From: Lysobacteraceae bacterium
GTDB lineage: Bacteria > Pseudomonadota > Gammaproteobacteria > Xanthomonadales > Xanthomonadaceae
Length of the DNA: 64,000 bases
Assembly (NCBI GenBank): GCA_021299355.1
Contig: JAJTGG010000001.1
Span: forward strand, 12,219-76,218
Direction of reading: 5' to 3'
Made by a program: the position numbers and the translations under genes. The notes under the pieces are model-generated. The model was given only the letters and a program-made list of their open reading frames with translations. It was not told the origin of the DNA and did not search any database. This document shows, piece by piece, positions 38,543 through 48,151 of this stretch; the first letter of the stretch is position 1; each line of letters opens with the position of its first letter.

Positions 38543-39265
38543 TTAATGGAAGCGTGCCGCTTTCAAGGCCAACTCGCGAACGGCCACGGGAATCTGCGCG
38601 GACGATTCCACCGTGCGCATCCGTTCGTCATCGGCGATGAAGCCCTCATGATGGTCCAGGGCCCAGGTCAAGGGATACGGGACATGCACGGCGAATCCGC
38701 CGACCTTCAACACCGGCGCGACGTCCGAGTTCAGGGAGTTGCCGACCATCAGGAACTGCTGCGGCTGAAGCCCGAATTCGGATAGCACGCGCCGGTAAGT
38801 GATCGGATCTTTTTCCGACACGATTTCGATACGGCCGAACAGGGGCGATAATCCGGAACGGGCGACCTTGCTTTCCTGATGGAACAGATCGCCTTTGGTG
38901 ATCAAAACCACTTGGTATTCACGGGCAACCTCGGCTACCGCATCGGCGATGCCGTCCAGCAGTTCCACCGGATGGTTCAATACTTCTTTGCCAAGCTGGA
39001 TGATTTCGTGCAGGTGATGCGCGCTGATGCGTTCGGCGGTCATCGCCACGGCCGTCTCGAGCATCGACAGGGTCATGCCCTTCGCGCCGTAACCGAACAG
39101 CTTGATATTGGTACGCTCGACCTCGAGCAGATGATCATGCACATTGGCATTGCCGATGTCGATGTACTGTCCGAGGATGGTCTCAAAGTGGCCATGCACC
39201 TCACGGTAAAAGCCCTCGCTGTGCCAGAGCGTGTCATCGGCATCGAAGCCCACCAGTTTCAGCAT
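38543..39265 (-). CDS. HAD-family hydrolase
   Basis: FDADDTLW, TKGD, MVGNS..SD. Confidence 0.9.
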   Translation of the reverse strand: MLKLVGFDADDTLWHSEGFYREVHGHFETILGQYIDIGNANVHDHLLEVERTNIKLFGYGAKGMTLSMLETAVAMTAERISAHHLHEIIQLGKEVLNHPVELLDGIADAVAEVAREYQVVLITKGDLFHQESKVARSGLSPLFGRIEIVSEKDPITYRRVLSEFGLQPQQFLMVGNSLNSDVAPVLKVGGFAVHVPYPLTWALDHHEGFIADDERMRTVESSAQIPVAVRELALKAARFH

Positions 39266-39281
39266 GTCCTTACTCCGTCTG

Positions 39282-39938
39282 TTATTTGGGTTCGCGCCAC
39301 AGGCGAGCGCCGAGAAAAATCAGCCGCAGCTGCAGCACGAAATGCTCGACCAGTTCCTGCTCGCTCTGGCGATGACCGGCAGGAAGATCGAGGATGTCGG
39401 TGGCGGCATTGAGCATGGTGCTGACCACTAGGCTGCAGATCAGTTCGATGGTCTGCCCGGAAAGACCTGGCACCGTGCCGAGCTCGCGCATATCGTGCGC
39501 CATTTCATGCACGAAACGTTCCTCTTCGCGGCGGATGGCCTTGCGGATAACCGGCGAACCGCCGCTGCGTTCACCGACGATGAAGCCGAATACCAGACGG
39601 TTCTGTTCCAGATAGCGTTTGTAGACCAGCACCGAATTATGCAGCATGTCCTTGGGCGGAAATCCGCTGCGTCGGGCCTCGCGCAACAGGCGGCGCAGGG
39701 TGACCCCGCCCTCTTCCACCAGCGCCAGGCCGAGTTCGTCCATGTCCTTGAAGTGCCGGTAGAACGAGGCCGGCACCACCCCGATTTCACGGGTCACTTC
39801 GCGCAGACTCAGCGACGTGAAGCCGCGCCCCTGGCCGACCAGATCCAACGCCGCCTGCATCAGCTGCTGACGGGTCTGCAGTTTGCGGGCGTCGCGGCGG
39901 GTGCCGGTGGCAAGCGGGAGGGAGGGCGAACTGGACAA
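39282..39938 (-). CDS. fabR: TetR-family fatty-acid regulator FabR/DesT
   Basis: SLSLREVTREIGVVPASFYRHF..MDELGL.LV.E.G..LR; divergent from the desaturase operon; TTG start inferred. Confidence 0.88.
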   Translation of the reverse strand: MSSSPSLPLATGTRRDARKLQTRQQLMQAALDLVGQGRGFTSLSLREVTREIGVVPASFYRHFKDMDELGLALVEEGGVTLRRLLREARRSGFPPKDMLHNSVLVYKRYLEQNRLVFGFIVGERSGGSPVIRKAIRREEERFVHEMAHDMRELGTVPGLSGQTIELICSLVVSTMLNAATDILDLPAGHRQSEQELVEHFVLQLRLIFLGARLWREPK

Positions 39939-40019
39939 ATAAAGGCTTCCAGAGGAGTGAACCCAGTATAAACACTGGGCCGATACTGGCAATGTGCAAT
40001 TGACACGGCCCGTCATTTG

Positions 40020-40037
40020 AGTAAACATATGTTTACT
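40020..40037. promoter_or_regulatory. FabR/DesT operator
   Basis: Perfect 18-bp palindrome AGTAAACATATGTTTACT, just downstream of TTGACA (40000-40005); resembles the DesT site AGTGAAC...GTTGACT. Confidence 0.85.
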
Positions 40038-40057
40038 GATATTAACCGGTAGATGCA

Positions 40058-41128
40058 ATGTTGCCAATGGCACCCGCAATGTTCTGGCGCAGCCCATGGC
40101 TGAAGCCGCTGAACGACACCACGGCATGGAACAGTCTGCTGCAAGGGGTCAATGCCACCTGGTCGCTGACCGATGTGCGTGCCCGCGTATTGCGCAGCGT
40201 GCAGGAATGCCGGGATGTGGTCAGCCTGTACCTGAAACCGAACCGCCTGTTCAAAGGCTTCATCCCCGGCCAGCATCTGGCGCTGACCCTGCCCTGCAAG
40301 GGGGTGCTGCAATCGCGCAGCTTCAGCCTGTCGCAGGCCCCGGGGACCGGCGGTGTACTGCGCCTGACCATCAAACTCAAAGCGGAAGGCGTGCTGTCGC
40401 AGGCGGTGGGCAAACTCAAGCGCGGCGCGGTGGTGCGCCTCAGCCAAGCCGGCGGTACCTTCACCCACGCCCGGCCCGAACGCGGCGTGTTGATGCTGTC
40501 GGCCGGCTCGGGTATCACGCCGATGATCGCCATGCTGCAGGATTGGGCCAAACACGACACCCGCCCGGATGTGCTGATGATCCACAGCTGCCGCGATGAA
40601 GCCGACTGGATTCTGCGCGAGGATCTGCGAACACTTGTTCACCAATGGCCGCAATTGAAAATCCGGCCCGTGTTCACCGCCGCCGAAGGCCGCTTGGATA
40701 CCGAACGCCTGCAGGCTCTGGCACCGGATTTCGCCCTGCGCGATACCCTGCTGTGCGGCCCCGAAGACTTTATGGAGTGGATCGCCGCGTTTTACCGTAA
40801 GCAGGGTCTGAGCCGACAGCTCAAGCAGGAACACTTCCAGGCCCGCAGAACCGAAATCCGTCCGGATGCCGCGCGTTACGAGATATTCGTAGCCGATGGA
40901 CGCGCCGTATTCCATGCGCTGAACGGCCAGCCCTTGCTGGAAGCCGCCGAGGTCGCCGGCCTGACGCCGGTGCATGGCTGCCGGCGCGGCATCTGCAAAA
41001 CCTGTACCTGCCGCAAACTCGGCGGCACCGTACACAACCAATTGACCGACACCCTGTCCGGCAGCGGCGAAGAGTGGATCCAGCTCTGCGTCTCGACCCC
41101 GGTCAGCAACTTGCATCTGGAGCTCTGA
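40058..41128 (+). CDS. Desaturase-associated flavin/2Fe-2S oxidoreductase (DesC-like)
   Basis: RSFSLS, AGSGITP, CGP, C-terminal GCRRGICKTC...C. Confidence 0.88.
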   Translation: MLPMAPAMFWRSPWLKPLNDTTAWNSLLQGVNATWSLTDVRARVLRSVQECRDVVSLYLKPNRLFKGFIPGQHLALTLPCKGVLQSRSFSLSQAPGTGGVLRLTIKLKAEGVLSQAVGKLKRGAVVRLSQAGGTFTHARPERGVLMLSAGSGITPMIAMLQDWAKHDTRPDVLMIHSCRDEADWILREDLRTLVHQWPQLKIRPVFTAAEGRLDTERLQALAPDFALRDTLLCGPEDFMEWIAAFYRKQGLSRQLKQEHFQARRTEIRPDAARYEIFVADGRAVFHALNGQPLLEAAEVAGLTPVHGCRRGICKTCTCRKLGGTVHNQLTDTLSGSGEEWIQLCVSTPVSNLHLEL

Positions 41129-41131
41129 ACC

Positions 41132-42211
41132 ATGGCCGTGAAAACCTTCCTCGATGGCGACCGCCTTGCCGCATTCCAACAAGAACTCGACCAGCTGCGC
41201 GCGAAAGTGATGGCCGATCTCGGCGACATCGACGCCGCCTACATCCGCCGCGTGCGGGCACTGGCCCAGGGCAGCGCCATTGCCGGCCGCAGCCTGCTGA
41301 TGTTCGGCATGGGTCCGGTCAGCTGGGTGTCCGGCATCCTCGCCTTGGCGCATGCCAAAATCGTGGAGAACATGGAACTCGGCCACAACATCCTGCATGG
41401 CCAGTACGACTGGATGAACGATCCAGCCTTGCACTCAAAGCACTACAGCTGGGACATGGTGTGCGCGCCGGAAAACTGGCGCAAGTCGCATAACATCGAA
41501 CACCACAACTACACCAACATCCTCGGCAAAGACCAGGATTACGGCTACGGCATGTTCCGGCTCACGGCCACGCAACGCTGGCGCCCGTCCTATCTGATCC
41601 AGCCGTTCAGCTATGTGGTGCTGGCCAGTAATTTCCAGTGGGGCATCGCCATCCAGGATCTGAAACTCGGACGCTGGCTGCAGGGCCGCATGAGCACGGC
41701 GCGCCTGAGAACCTTGGCCAAGCCGTTCATGAAAAAAGCCGGTTCGCAGCTGGTCAAGGATTACCTGCTGTTTCCGCTCCTGGCATTCTGGCAATGGCCG
41801 CGCGTACTGCTCGGCAATCTGATTGCCAACGGCATCCGTAACATGTGGACCAACGCCGTGATTTTCTGCGGCCATTTCACCGCCGATGCGCAGATCTTCA
41901 CCCTGAAAGAAACCAAAGACGAATGCCGCGGTCGCTGGTATCTGCGCCAGATCCAGGGCTCGAGCAATCTGGAAGGCGGACGCTGGTTCCATCTTATGAC
42001 CGGCAACCTGAGCCACCAGATCGAACACCACCTGTTTCCGGACATGCCGGCGCGGCGCTATGCCGAAATCGCACCGCAGGTTCGCGACATCTGCGCCCGC
42101 TACGGCATCCACTACAACACCGGCGGCTTCTGGAAGCAGTACGGCAGCGCCCTTTGGCGGATCGTGCGTTACGCCTTCCCGAACGGAAGACGCACGCTGG
42201 CGACGGTGTAA
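41132..42211 (+). CDS. Acyl-CoA desaturase (DesB/DesA3-like)
   Basis: His boxes HNILH, HNIEHH, HQIEHH. Confidence 0.9.
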   Translation: MAVKTFLDGDRLAAFQQELDQLRAKVMADLGDIDAAYIRRVRALAQGSAIAGRSLLMFGMGPVSWVSGILALAHAKIVENMELGHNILHGQYDWMNDPALHSKHYSWDMVCAPENWRKSHNIEHHNYTNILGKDQDYGYGMFRLTATQRWRPSYLIQPFSYVVLASNFQWGIAIQDLKLGRWLQGRMSTARLRTLAKPFMKKAGSQLVKDYLLFPLLAFWQWPRVLLGNLIANGIRNMWTNAVIFCGHFTADAQIFTLKETKDECRGRWYLRQIQGSSNLEGGRWFHLMTGNLSHQIEHHLFPDMPARRYAEIAPQVRDICARYGIHYNTGGFWKQYGSALWRIVRYAFPNGRRTLATV

Positions 42212-42228
42212 TTTTTTCCATTACGAAT

Positions 42229-42254
42229 AAAAAAACCGCCCGAGGGCGGTTTTT
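42229..42254. terminator. Bidirectional terminator
   Basis: AAAAAAACCGCC-CGAG-GGCGGTTTTT. Confidence 0.9.
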
Positions 42255-42275
42255 CTGTGCTACTAAATTTCTAGC

Positions 42276-43040
42276 TCAACCGCATTTACTGTAACCGCAG
42301 TTCAGACAGGTCTGACAGCCGTCCATCAGCACCAGTGCCTTGGTGCTGCACTTGTGGCACATGGTGGCCGTCGGTGGGAAAGAGGCTCCCTCGCCGGACT
42401 GCGATGCCGCCTCGTCGGCGCTGTCGCGCCCGGCATCCACGGCGAGGTCGCCCTCAGAAGATTTCTTTTTCGCACGGCTCTCGTAGGCCGCGCGTTTTTC
42501 GGCAATCATCGCGCGCTGGGCGTCGCTCAGCTCCGGATCGACGATCATGCCGATGAATTTCAGGTGCTCTTCCACCACCGAGCCGATTTCGGCCACGATC
42601 GAGGGCATGTAAACGCCACCGGCCTTGAAGTAGCCGCCGCGCGGATCGAACACCGCCTTCATTTCCTCGACCAGGAAGGTGACGTCGCCGCCTTTGCGGA
42701 ACACGGCACTCATGATGCGGGTGATGGCGACCACCCACTGGAAGTGATCCATGTTCTTGGAGTTGATGAACACCTCGAACGGACGGCGCAGTTCGTGATC
42801 GGTGCCGGGATTGAGCACGATGTCGTTGATGGTCACATACATGGCGTGTTCCACCAGGGGCGATTTGATCTTGTAGGTAGCGCCGACCAGGGCTTCCGGG
42901 CGCTCGACCTTTTCATGCATGTGGATGATTTCGGCGGTGGCCGGCATGGCCGCCACGGCGACCGGCGCGGTTTCAGCGGCCTTGTCTTCCGGCTTGTTGA
43001 CACTGTACGACTTGATTTTTTTTGTAATTTTGATGGCCAT
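42276..43040 (-). CDS. nrdJb: Class II RNR small (TSCPD) subunit
   Basis: RPEAL.G.TYKIK, PFEVFINSK, C-terminal C..C...DGC.TCLNCGYSKCG. Confidence 0.92.
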   Translation of the reverse strand: MAIKITKKIKSYSVNKPEDKAAETAPVAVAAMPATAEIIHMHEKVERPEALVGATYKIKSPLVEHAMYVTINDIVLNPGTDHELRRPFEVFINSKNMDHFQWVVAITRIMSAVFRKGGDVTFLVEEMKAVFDPRGGYFKAGGVYMPSIVAEIGSVVEEHLKFIGMIVDPELSDAQRAMIAEKRAAYESRAKKKSSEGDLAVDAGRDSADEAASQSGEGASFPPTATMCHKCSTKALVLMDGCQTCLNCGYSKCG

Positions 43041-43130
43041 TACTGCAAAGACTCCTGGGATATTCGATGGAACGCGGACATGGGGCGGACCGCGTTCCGC
43101 CCGTCACGGGCAGAACGCAGTCGCTGCTGC

Positions 43131-43532
43131 TTATTTTCTGGTGGACTTCTTGGTCGGGGCTTTCTTCGCCGGTGCTTTTCTGGCGACGGCTTTCTTGGCC
43201 GGTGCTTTCTTTGCGACCGCTTTTTTGGCCGGGGCTTTTTTCACCGGGGCTTTCTTGGCGGCGGCTTTCTTGGCCGGGGCCTGCTTGGCGAGCTTGGCCT
43301 TGACCTGGCTGATGGCTTTCTTTACCGCTTTCGCGGCTTCCGAACGCTCAGCCTGGCTGATCGCCTTCTTGACCGCCTTGGCGGCATCGGAACGCTCGGC
43401 ACGGGCCATTTTCTGCTTCACTTTCTTGATCAACGGCGCAGCTTTTTTGCTCAGCGCGGCACCGGCCTTTTTGGCTTCGGACTGCACCTTGTTCACCGCA
43501 CCCTGCATACCGCTGGATTTCTTCGCACTCAT
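43131..43532 (-). CDS. Histone H1-like Lys/Ala-rich protein
   Basis: 133 aa; repeated KKAPA pentamers; tandem 16-aa unit AERS(D/E)AAKAVKKAISQ. Confidence 0.8.
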   Translation of the reverse strand: MSAKKSSGMQGAVNKVQSEAKKAGAALSKKAAPLIKKVKQKMARAERSDAAKAVKKAISQAERSEAAKAVKKAISQVKAKLAKQAPAKKAAAKKAPVKKAPAKKAVAKKAPAKKAVARKAPAKKAPTKKSTRK

Positions 43533-43559
43533 GACGTCGCCCTGTTTCGTTGGAATGGT

Positions 43560-45722
43560 TTAGAACTTACCGTAGTAGCCTTCTTTCAGCGCATCGAACA
43601 AGTTGGCGGCGGTATGCATTTCACCGTCGTATTCGATCTGTTCGTTGCCCTTTACTTCTACCACGGAACCGTCTTCCAGTTCAAACCGGTAGGTGGTGTT
43701 TTCCAGATCCGACTCCTTCACCAGGACGCCCTGGAAGGCGGCCGGATTGAAGCGGAACGTGGTGCAGCCTTTCAGGCCCTGCTGGTGGGCGTAGGAATAG
43801 ATGTCCTTGAAATCCTCGAACGGATAGTTGGTCGGGACATTGGCGGTCTTCGAAATCGAGGAATCGATCCACTTCTGCGAAGCGGCCTGGATGTCGACGT
43901 GCTCCTTCGGCGAGATATCGTCGGCGGCGACGAAGTATTCCGGCAAGGCGGCTTTCGGATCGTCGCTGTACGGCATCGCTTTCGGGTTGATCAGCTCGCG
44001 GTAGGACAGCAGTTCGTAGCTGTACACTTCCACTTTTTCCTTGGACTTCTTGCCTTCGCGGATCACGTTGCGGCTGTAATGGTGCGCGAACGAAGGCTCG
44101 ATGCCGTTGGAGGCGTTGTTGGCCAGCGACAGCGAAATGGTGCCGGTCGGCGCGATCGAGCTGTGGTGGGTGAAGCGGGTACCCTTCTCCGCCATTTTGG
44201 CGACCAGCTCCGGCGCCACCGAGGCCACACGCTGCATGTAACGCGAGTATTTGGCGTGCAGCACGCGGCCCTTGATCTTCTGGCCCAGCTTGTAGCCGTC
44301 GGCGGCCATTTCCGGGCGCTTGCGCAGCATTTCGGCAGTGATCTTGAACTCTTCGTCCATGATCGGAGCCGGACCTTTTTCTTCGGCCAGCGCCAGACCC
44401 ACTTCCCAGCCGGCCAGCGCCATTTCGCGCGAGATGGCTTCGGTGAATTCCAGGCTTTCGGCGGAACCGTATTTCATCTTGAGCATGGTCAGGGTGCTGC
44501 CCAGACCCAGGAAGCCCATGCCGTGACGACGCTTGCGCATGATCTCACGACGCTGCTGTTCCAGCGGCAGGCCATTCACTTCCACCACGTTGTCGAGCAT
44601 ACGGGTGAACACGCGCACGACTTCCTTGTATTCCTCCCAATCGAAAGCGGCTTTGTCGGTGAAGGCGTCACGCACGAACAGGGTCAGATTGACCGAGCCG
44701 AGCAGGCAGGCGCCGTAAGGCGGCAGCGGCTGTTCGCCGCAGGGATTGGTGGCGCGGATGTTTTCACACCACCAGTTGTTGTTCATTTCGTTGACGCGGT
44801 CGATCAGGATGAAGCCAGGCTCGGCGAAATCATAGGTGGACGCCATGATGCGGTTCCACAGCAACTGCGCACGGATATGACCGAAAATCTTGCAGGCCAC
44901 CAAGCCGTCGTCACGGGTCACATAGCCGGTGTTGACCGGCCAATCGCGCCAGACTACCTGCGAGGCGTCATTCAGATCAAGATCGTTCTGCTCTTTGACA
45001 CTGACCGGGAAAATCAACGGCCAGTCGGCATCCTTGTTGACGGCATCCATGAAGCCATCGGTGATCAGCAATGACAGGTTGAACTGGCGCAGGCGGCCAT
45101 CTTCGCGTTTGGCGCCGATGAATTCCTTGACGTCCGGATGCGACACGTCGAAGGTGCCCATCTGGGCGCCGCGGCGGCCACCGGCAGACGACACCGTGAA
45201 GCACATCTTGTCGTAGATATCCATGAACGACAGCGGACCCGAAGTGTGCGCACCGGCGCCGGACACATAGGCGCCGCGCGGACGCAGGGTCGAGAATTCA
45301 TAACCGATGCCGCAACCGGCCTTCAGGGTCAGACCGGCTTCATGCACTTTGTCGAGAATGCCGTCCATCGAATCGGGAATCGAGCCCGAGACCGTGCAGT
45401 TGATGGTGGAGGTGGCCGGCTTATGTTCCAGCGCACCGGCATTGGAGGTGATGCGGCCGGCCGGAATGGCACCGCGACGCAATGCCCACAGAAAGCGTTC
45501 ATTCCAGTACGCCTGGCGTTCGGCATCCGGTTCGGCTTCCGCCAACGCCTTGGCAACCCGGCGATAGGTATCGTCGATGGTCTGATCGACCGGCATGCCG
45601 TTTTTGGCTTTCAGTCGGTATTTTTTATCCCAGATATCCAGCGAGGCCGGTTGCAGCGGAAGCGCATCGTCGTGCGGGGTTTGAACGCTGGCGGGAACGG
45701 CTTCCAATCGGGGTGTACTCAT
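43560..45722 (-). CDS. nrdJa: Adenosylcobalamin-dependent ribonucleotide reductase large subunit
   Basis: PAGRI, INC, RRGAQM, ATNPCGEQPL, APTGTIS, DSSISKT, KGCTTFR. Confidence 0.95.
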   Translation of the reverse strand: MSTPRLEAVPASVQTPHDDALPLQPASLDIWDKKYRLKAKNGMPVDQTIDDTYRRVAKALAEAEPDAERQAYWNERFLWALRRGAIPAGRITSNAGALEHKPATSTINCTVSGSIPDSMDGILDKVHEAGLTLKAGCGIGYEFSTLRPRGAYVSGAGAHTSGPLSFMDIYDKMCFTVSSAGGRRGAQMGTFDVSHPDVKEFIGAKREDGRLRQFNLSLLITDGFMDAVNKDADWPLIFPVSVKEQNDLDLNDASQVVWRDWPVNTGYVTRDDGLVACKIFGHIRAQLLWNRIMASTYDFAEPGFILIDRVNEMNNNWWCENIRATNPCGEQPLPPYGACLLGSVNLTLFVRDAFTDKAAFDWEEYKEVVRVFTRMLDNVVEVNGLPLEQQRREIMRKRRHGMGFLGLGSTLTMLKMKYGSAESLEFTEAISREMALAGWEVGLALAEEKGPAPIMDEEFKITAEMLRKRPEMAADGYKLGQKIKGRVLHAKYSRYMQRVASVAPELVAKMAEKGTRFTHHSSIAPTGTISLSLANNASNGIEPSFAHHYSRNVIREGKKSKEKVEVYSYELLSYRELINPKAMPYSDDPKAALPEYFVAADDISPKEHVDIQAASQKWIDSSISKTANVPTNYPFEDFKDIYSYAHQQGLKGCTTFRFNPAAFQGVLVKESDLENTTYRFELEDGSVVEVKGNEQIEYDGEMHTAANLFDALKEGYYGKF

Positions 45723-45775
45723 ATCCAACTTATCTCCATGATAATTCAAGCTTTACAGCCATCACCTGTCACCCC

Positions 45776-45822
45776 TCACTACATATTGGGGTTTCTCGTT
45801 ATAAAAACACAACATCTTGTGT
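45776..45822. promoter_or_regulatory. Tandem NrdR boxes
   Basis: TCACTACATATTGGGG (45776-91) and ACACAACATCTTGTGT (45807-22), 31 bp apart. Confidence 0.85.
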
Positions 45823-45833
45823 TTCAAACCCCT

Positions 45834-45862
45834 ACATTAACCGTCTTGAAACGGCCTGTCAA
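45834..45862 (-). promoter_or_regulatory. Sigma70 promoter of the nrdJ operon
   Basis: Minus strand TTGACA-N17-TAATGT, immediately upstream of the NrdR boxes. Confidence 0.7.
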
Positions 45863-46007
45863 CACGAAATTTTAACCTGTCCTGATGTTCATATTTCTTT
45901 AACTTACAGTGAGATAGACTCGTTCTGCTGACGTGAAACCACGTCGTGAATCACCAATTTTTTTCACCTTCGTTATACTGCACTCCAGACCCCCGGCAGG
46001 AACCCCC

Positions 46008-47414
46008 ATGACTCTCCCCTTGCGTACCTTGGCTTTGGCGACGTTGTGTACCACGACGGGCGCACTGGCTGCCGGTTTTTATTTTTCAAATCAGTCAGAT
46101 AACGCGAAAAGTGCGGCCTCGGAGCACCTGTGGATGATTCCGGACGCCCAGGCAGCGGCACCAGCCAACGCGCAACCCATGCCCACACTGGCGCCGATGC
46201 TCGCCAAAGTGACGCCTTCGGTGGTGAACATCTACACCAAACAGCGGGTCCGGGTAAACAATCCGATTGCCGATTTTTTCGGCGGCGGCCGCTACCCGCA
46301 GGAGCGCATCGCTCAGTCCCTTGGCTCGGGCGTCATCGTGGATGCCGCACGCGGGCTGATCCTGACCAACAACCACGTGGTCGAGGGCGCCGATGAAGTG
46401 TCGGTCAGCCTGTCCGACGGCCGCACCTTCGAAGCGCAGCCGGTCGGCTCCGACCCCGACACCGACATCGCAGTCATCCGCATCGCGGCCAAGGATCTGG
46501 TGGCCTTGCCGGTCGCCGACTCCAGCAAACTACGGGTCGGTGATTACGTGGTCGCCGTCGGCAACCCTTTTGGTCTGGGCCAGACCGTCACCTCGGGCAT
46601 CGTCTCGGCCGTAGGCCGCAGCGGCCTACAGGGCCTGGGTTTCCAGAATTTCATTCAGACCGATGCCTCGATCAACCCCGGCAATTCGGGCGGCGCGCTG
46701 GTCAATCTGAACGGCGAGCTGGTCGGCATCAATGTCGCAAGTTTCAATCCGCGCGGCAGTGCCGCCGGCAATATCGGTCTGGGCTTCGCGATTCCCTCCA
46801 ACCTGGCCAAGGAAATCATGCGTCAGCTGATGGCCTTCGGCGAGGTCCGACGGGGCACACTGGGTCTGGATGCCGAAACCGCACAGACCCAGGCCGAACC
46901 GATTACCCGCGGCGCCCTGGTGACGCGCGTCTACCGGGGCAGTCCGGCCGAAGCCGCCGGCATCCGCCCCGGCGATGTCATTGTCAAAGCCAACGACCAA
47001 CGCATCGACGGCGCCGACACCCTGAGCAATCTGGAAGGCCTGCTGCCACTCGGCGTACCGGTCAGGCTGGAACTGGTGCGCGATAGCCAGCGTCTTGTCG
47101 TCAGTGCGCAGCTGAAGGCCTCACCGAAGGAACTGGATGCGGGCCAACTCGATGCCCGGCTGGCCGGTGCCGTACTGATCGACACCCCGGAACGCTACCG
47201 GCAGACCGGCATCCGCGGCGTCATCATCAGTAAAGTGGTGGCCGGCAGCCGCGCCGAACGCAATGGTCTGGAAGCCGGTGACCGCATCCTGGTGGTCAAC
47301 CGCCAATCGGTCGGCGATCTGGCGGTATTGCGTGCGCAGCTTTCGCAGAATCCACAGCGTCTGGAGCTGGGCTTGGCGCGCGGCCGGCAAACCGGCTACC
47401 TGCAAATGCGCTAA
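46008..47414 (+). CDS. DegP/DegQ (HtrA) serine protease with two PDZ domains
   Basis: LTNNHVV, DIAV, QTDASINPGNSGG. Confidence 0.93.
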   Translation: MTLPLRTLALATLCTTTGALAAGFYFSNQSDNAKSAASEHLWMIPDAQAAAPANAQPMPTLAPMLAKVTPSVVNIYTKQRVRVNNPIADFFGGGRYPQERIAQSLGSGVIVDAARGLILTNNHVVEGADEVSVSLSDGRTFEAQPVGSDPDTDIAVIRIAAKDLVALPVADSSKLRVGDYVVAVGNPFGLGQTVTSGIVSAVGRSGLQGLGFQNFIQTDASINPGNSGGALVNLNGELVGINVASFNPRGSAAGNIGLGFAIPSNLAKEIMRQLMAFGEVRRGTLGLDAETAQTQAEPITRGALVTRVYRGSPAEAAGIRPGDVIVKANDQRIDGADTLSNLEGLLPLGVPVRLELVRDSQRLVVSAQLKASPKELDAGQLDARLAGAVLIDTPERYRQTGIRGVIISKVVAGSRAERNGLEAGDRILVVNRQSVGDLAVLRAQLSQNPQRLELGLARGRQTGYLQMR

Positions 47415-47455
47415 AAACACGCAGTTTGTACGCCGATGCGCGGTATGCTATTGGG

Positions 47456-48151
47456 ATGCATACCGTAAAAGCCATCAGCCTTGATCTGGACGATACCCTC
47501 TGGCCGATCTGGCCGATCATCGAGCGTGCCGAGGCGGCGCTTCACGAATTCCTGCTGGTGCATGCGCCAGCGGCGGCCGAGCAGTTTCCGGTTCAGGCGA
47601 TGCGCCATCTGCGCGAGCAGATCGCGCAGGCGCATCCGGAACTCGCGCACGATTTCACCGCGCAGCGGAAACTGTCCTTGCAGCATGCCTTCCATCTCAG
47701 CGGCGAAAGCGATGATCTCATCGAACCGGCGTTTGATGCCTTTTTCCGTGCACGCAACGATGTCACGCTTTACAGCGACTGCCTGCCGGCACTGGACAGA
47801 TTGGCGGCGCGCTTTCCGCTGATCGGATTGACCAACGGCAACGCCGACCTCGGCCGCACCGGCATCGGCCACTATTTCACCGGTTGCATTTCCGCACGGG
47901 AGGTCGGTACCGCCAAGCCGCATCCGCCGATCTTCGAAGCCACCAGCCAAGCGCTGGGCATCGCCCCGCAGTACATCCTGCATGTCGGCGATGATCCCTG
48001 GCTGGATGTTCAGGGCGCACACGACGCCGGCTTCCAGTCGGTCTGGATCAACCGCACCGGCGCGGTCTGGCCGTCGGAAATCACACCACCGCATCTCACC
48101 ATCACCGACCTGCAGCAACTGGCCGAACGGCTGGAAGAGGTATCTGCATGA
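47456..48151 (+). CDS. HAD hydrolase, YigB-like
   Basis: LDLDDTLW, LTNGN, KPHP.IF, HVGDD...DV. Confidence 0.88.
   Translation: MHTVKAISLDLDDTLWPIWPIIERAEAALHEFLLVHAPAAAEQFPVQAMRHLREQIAQAHPELAHDFTAQRKLSLQHAFHLSGESDDLIEPAFDAFFRARNDVTLYSDCLPALDRLAARFPLIGLTNGNADLGRTGIGHYFTGCISAREVGTAKPHPPIFEATSQALGIAPQYILHVGDDPWLDVQGAHDAGFQSVWINRTGAVWPSEITPPHLTITDLQQLAERLEEVSA

Noticed and set aside
43131-43300. 15-bp imperfect tandem DNA repeats
   Set aside because: They are explained by the KKAPA protein repeats of the H1-like gene.
42354-45074. 906-aa plus-strand ORF, and other long antisense ORFs such as 35935-37974 and 20764-22176
   Set aside because: These are shadow frames opposite well-supported genes, expected with high GC3 codon bias, and show no recognisable motifs.
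45857-45863. TGTCAAC as a third ECF promoter for degQ
   Set aside because: There is no CGTT 16 nt downstream. It reads better as TTGACA of the minus-strand nrdJ promoter.
45723-46007. Cobalamin riboswitch upstream of the B12-dependent RNR
   Set aside because: No B12-box is visible, and the short AT-rich leader is occupied by the promoter and NrdR boxes.
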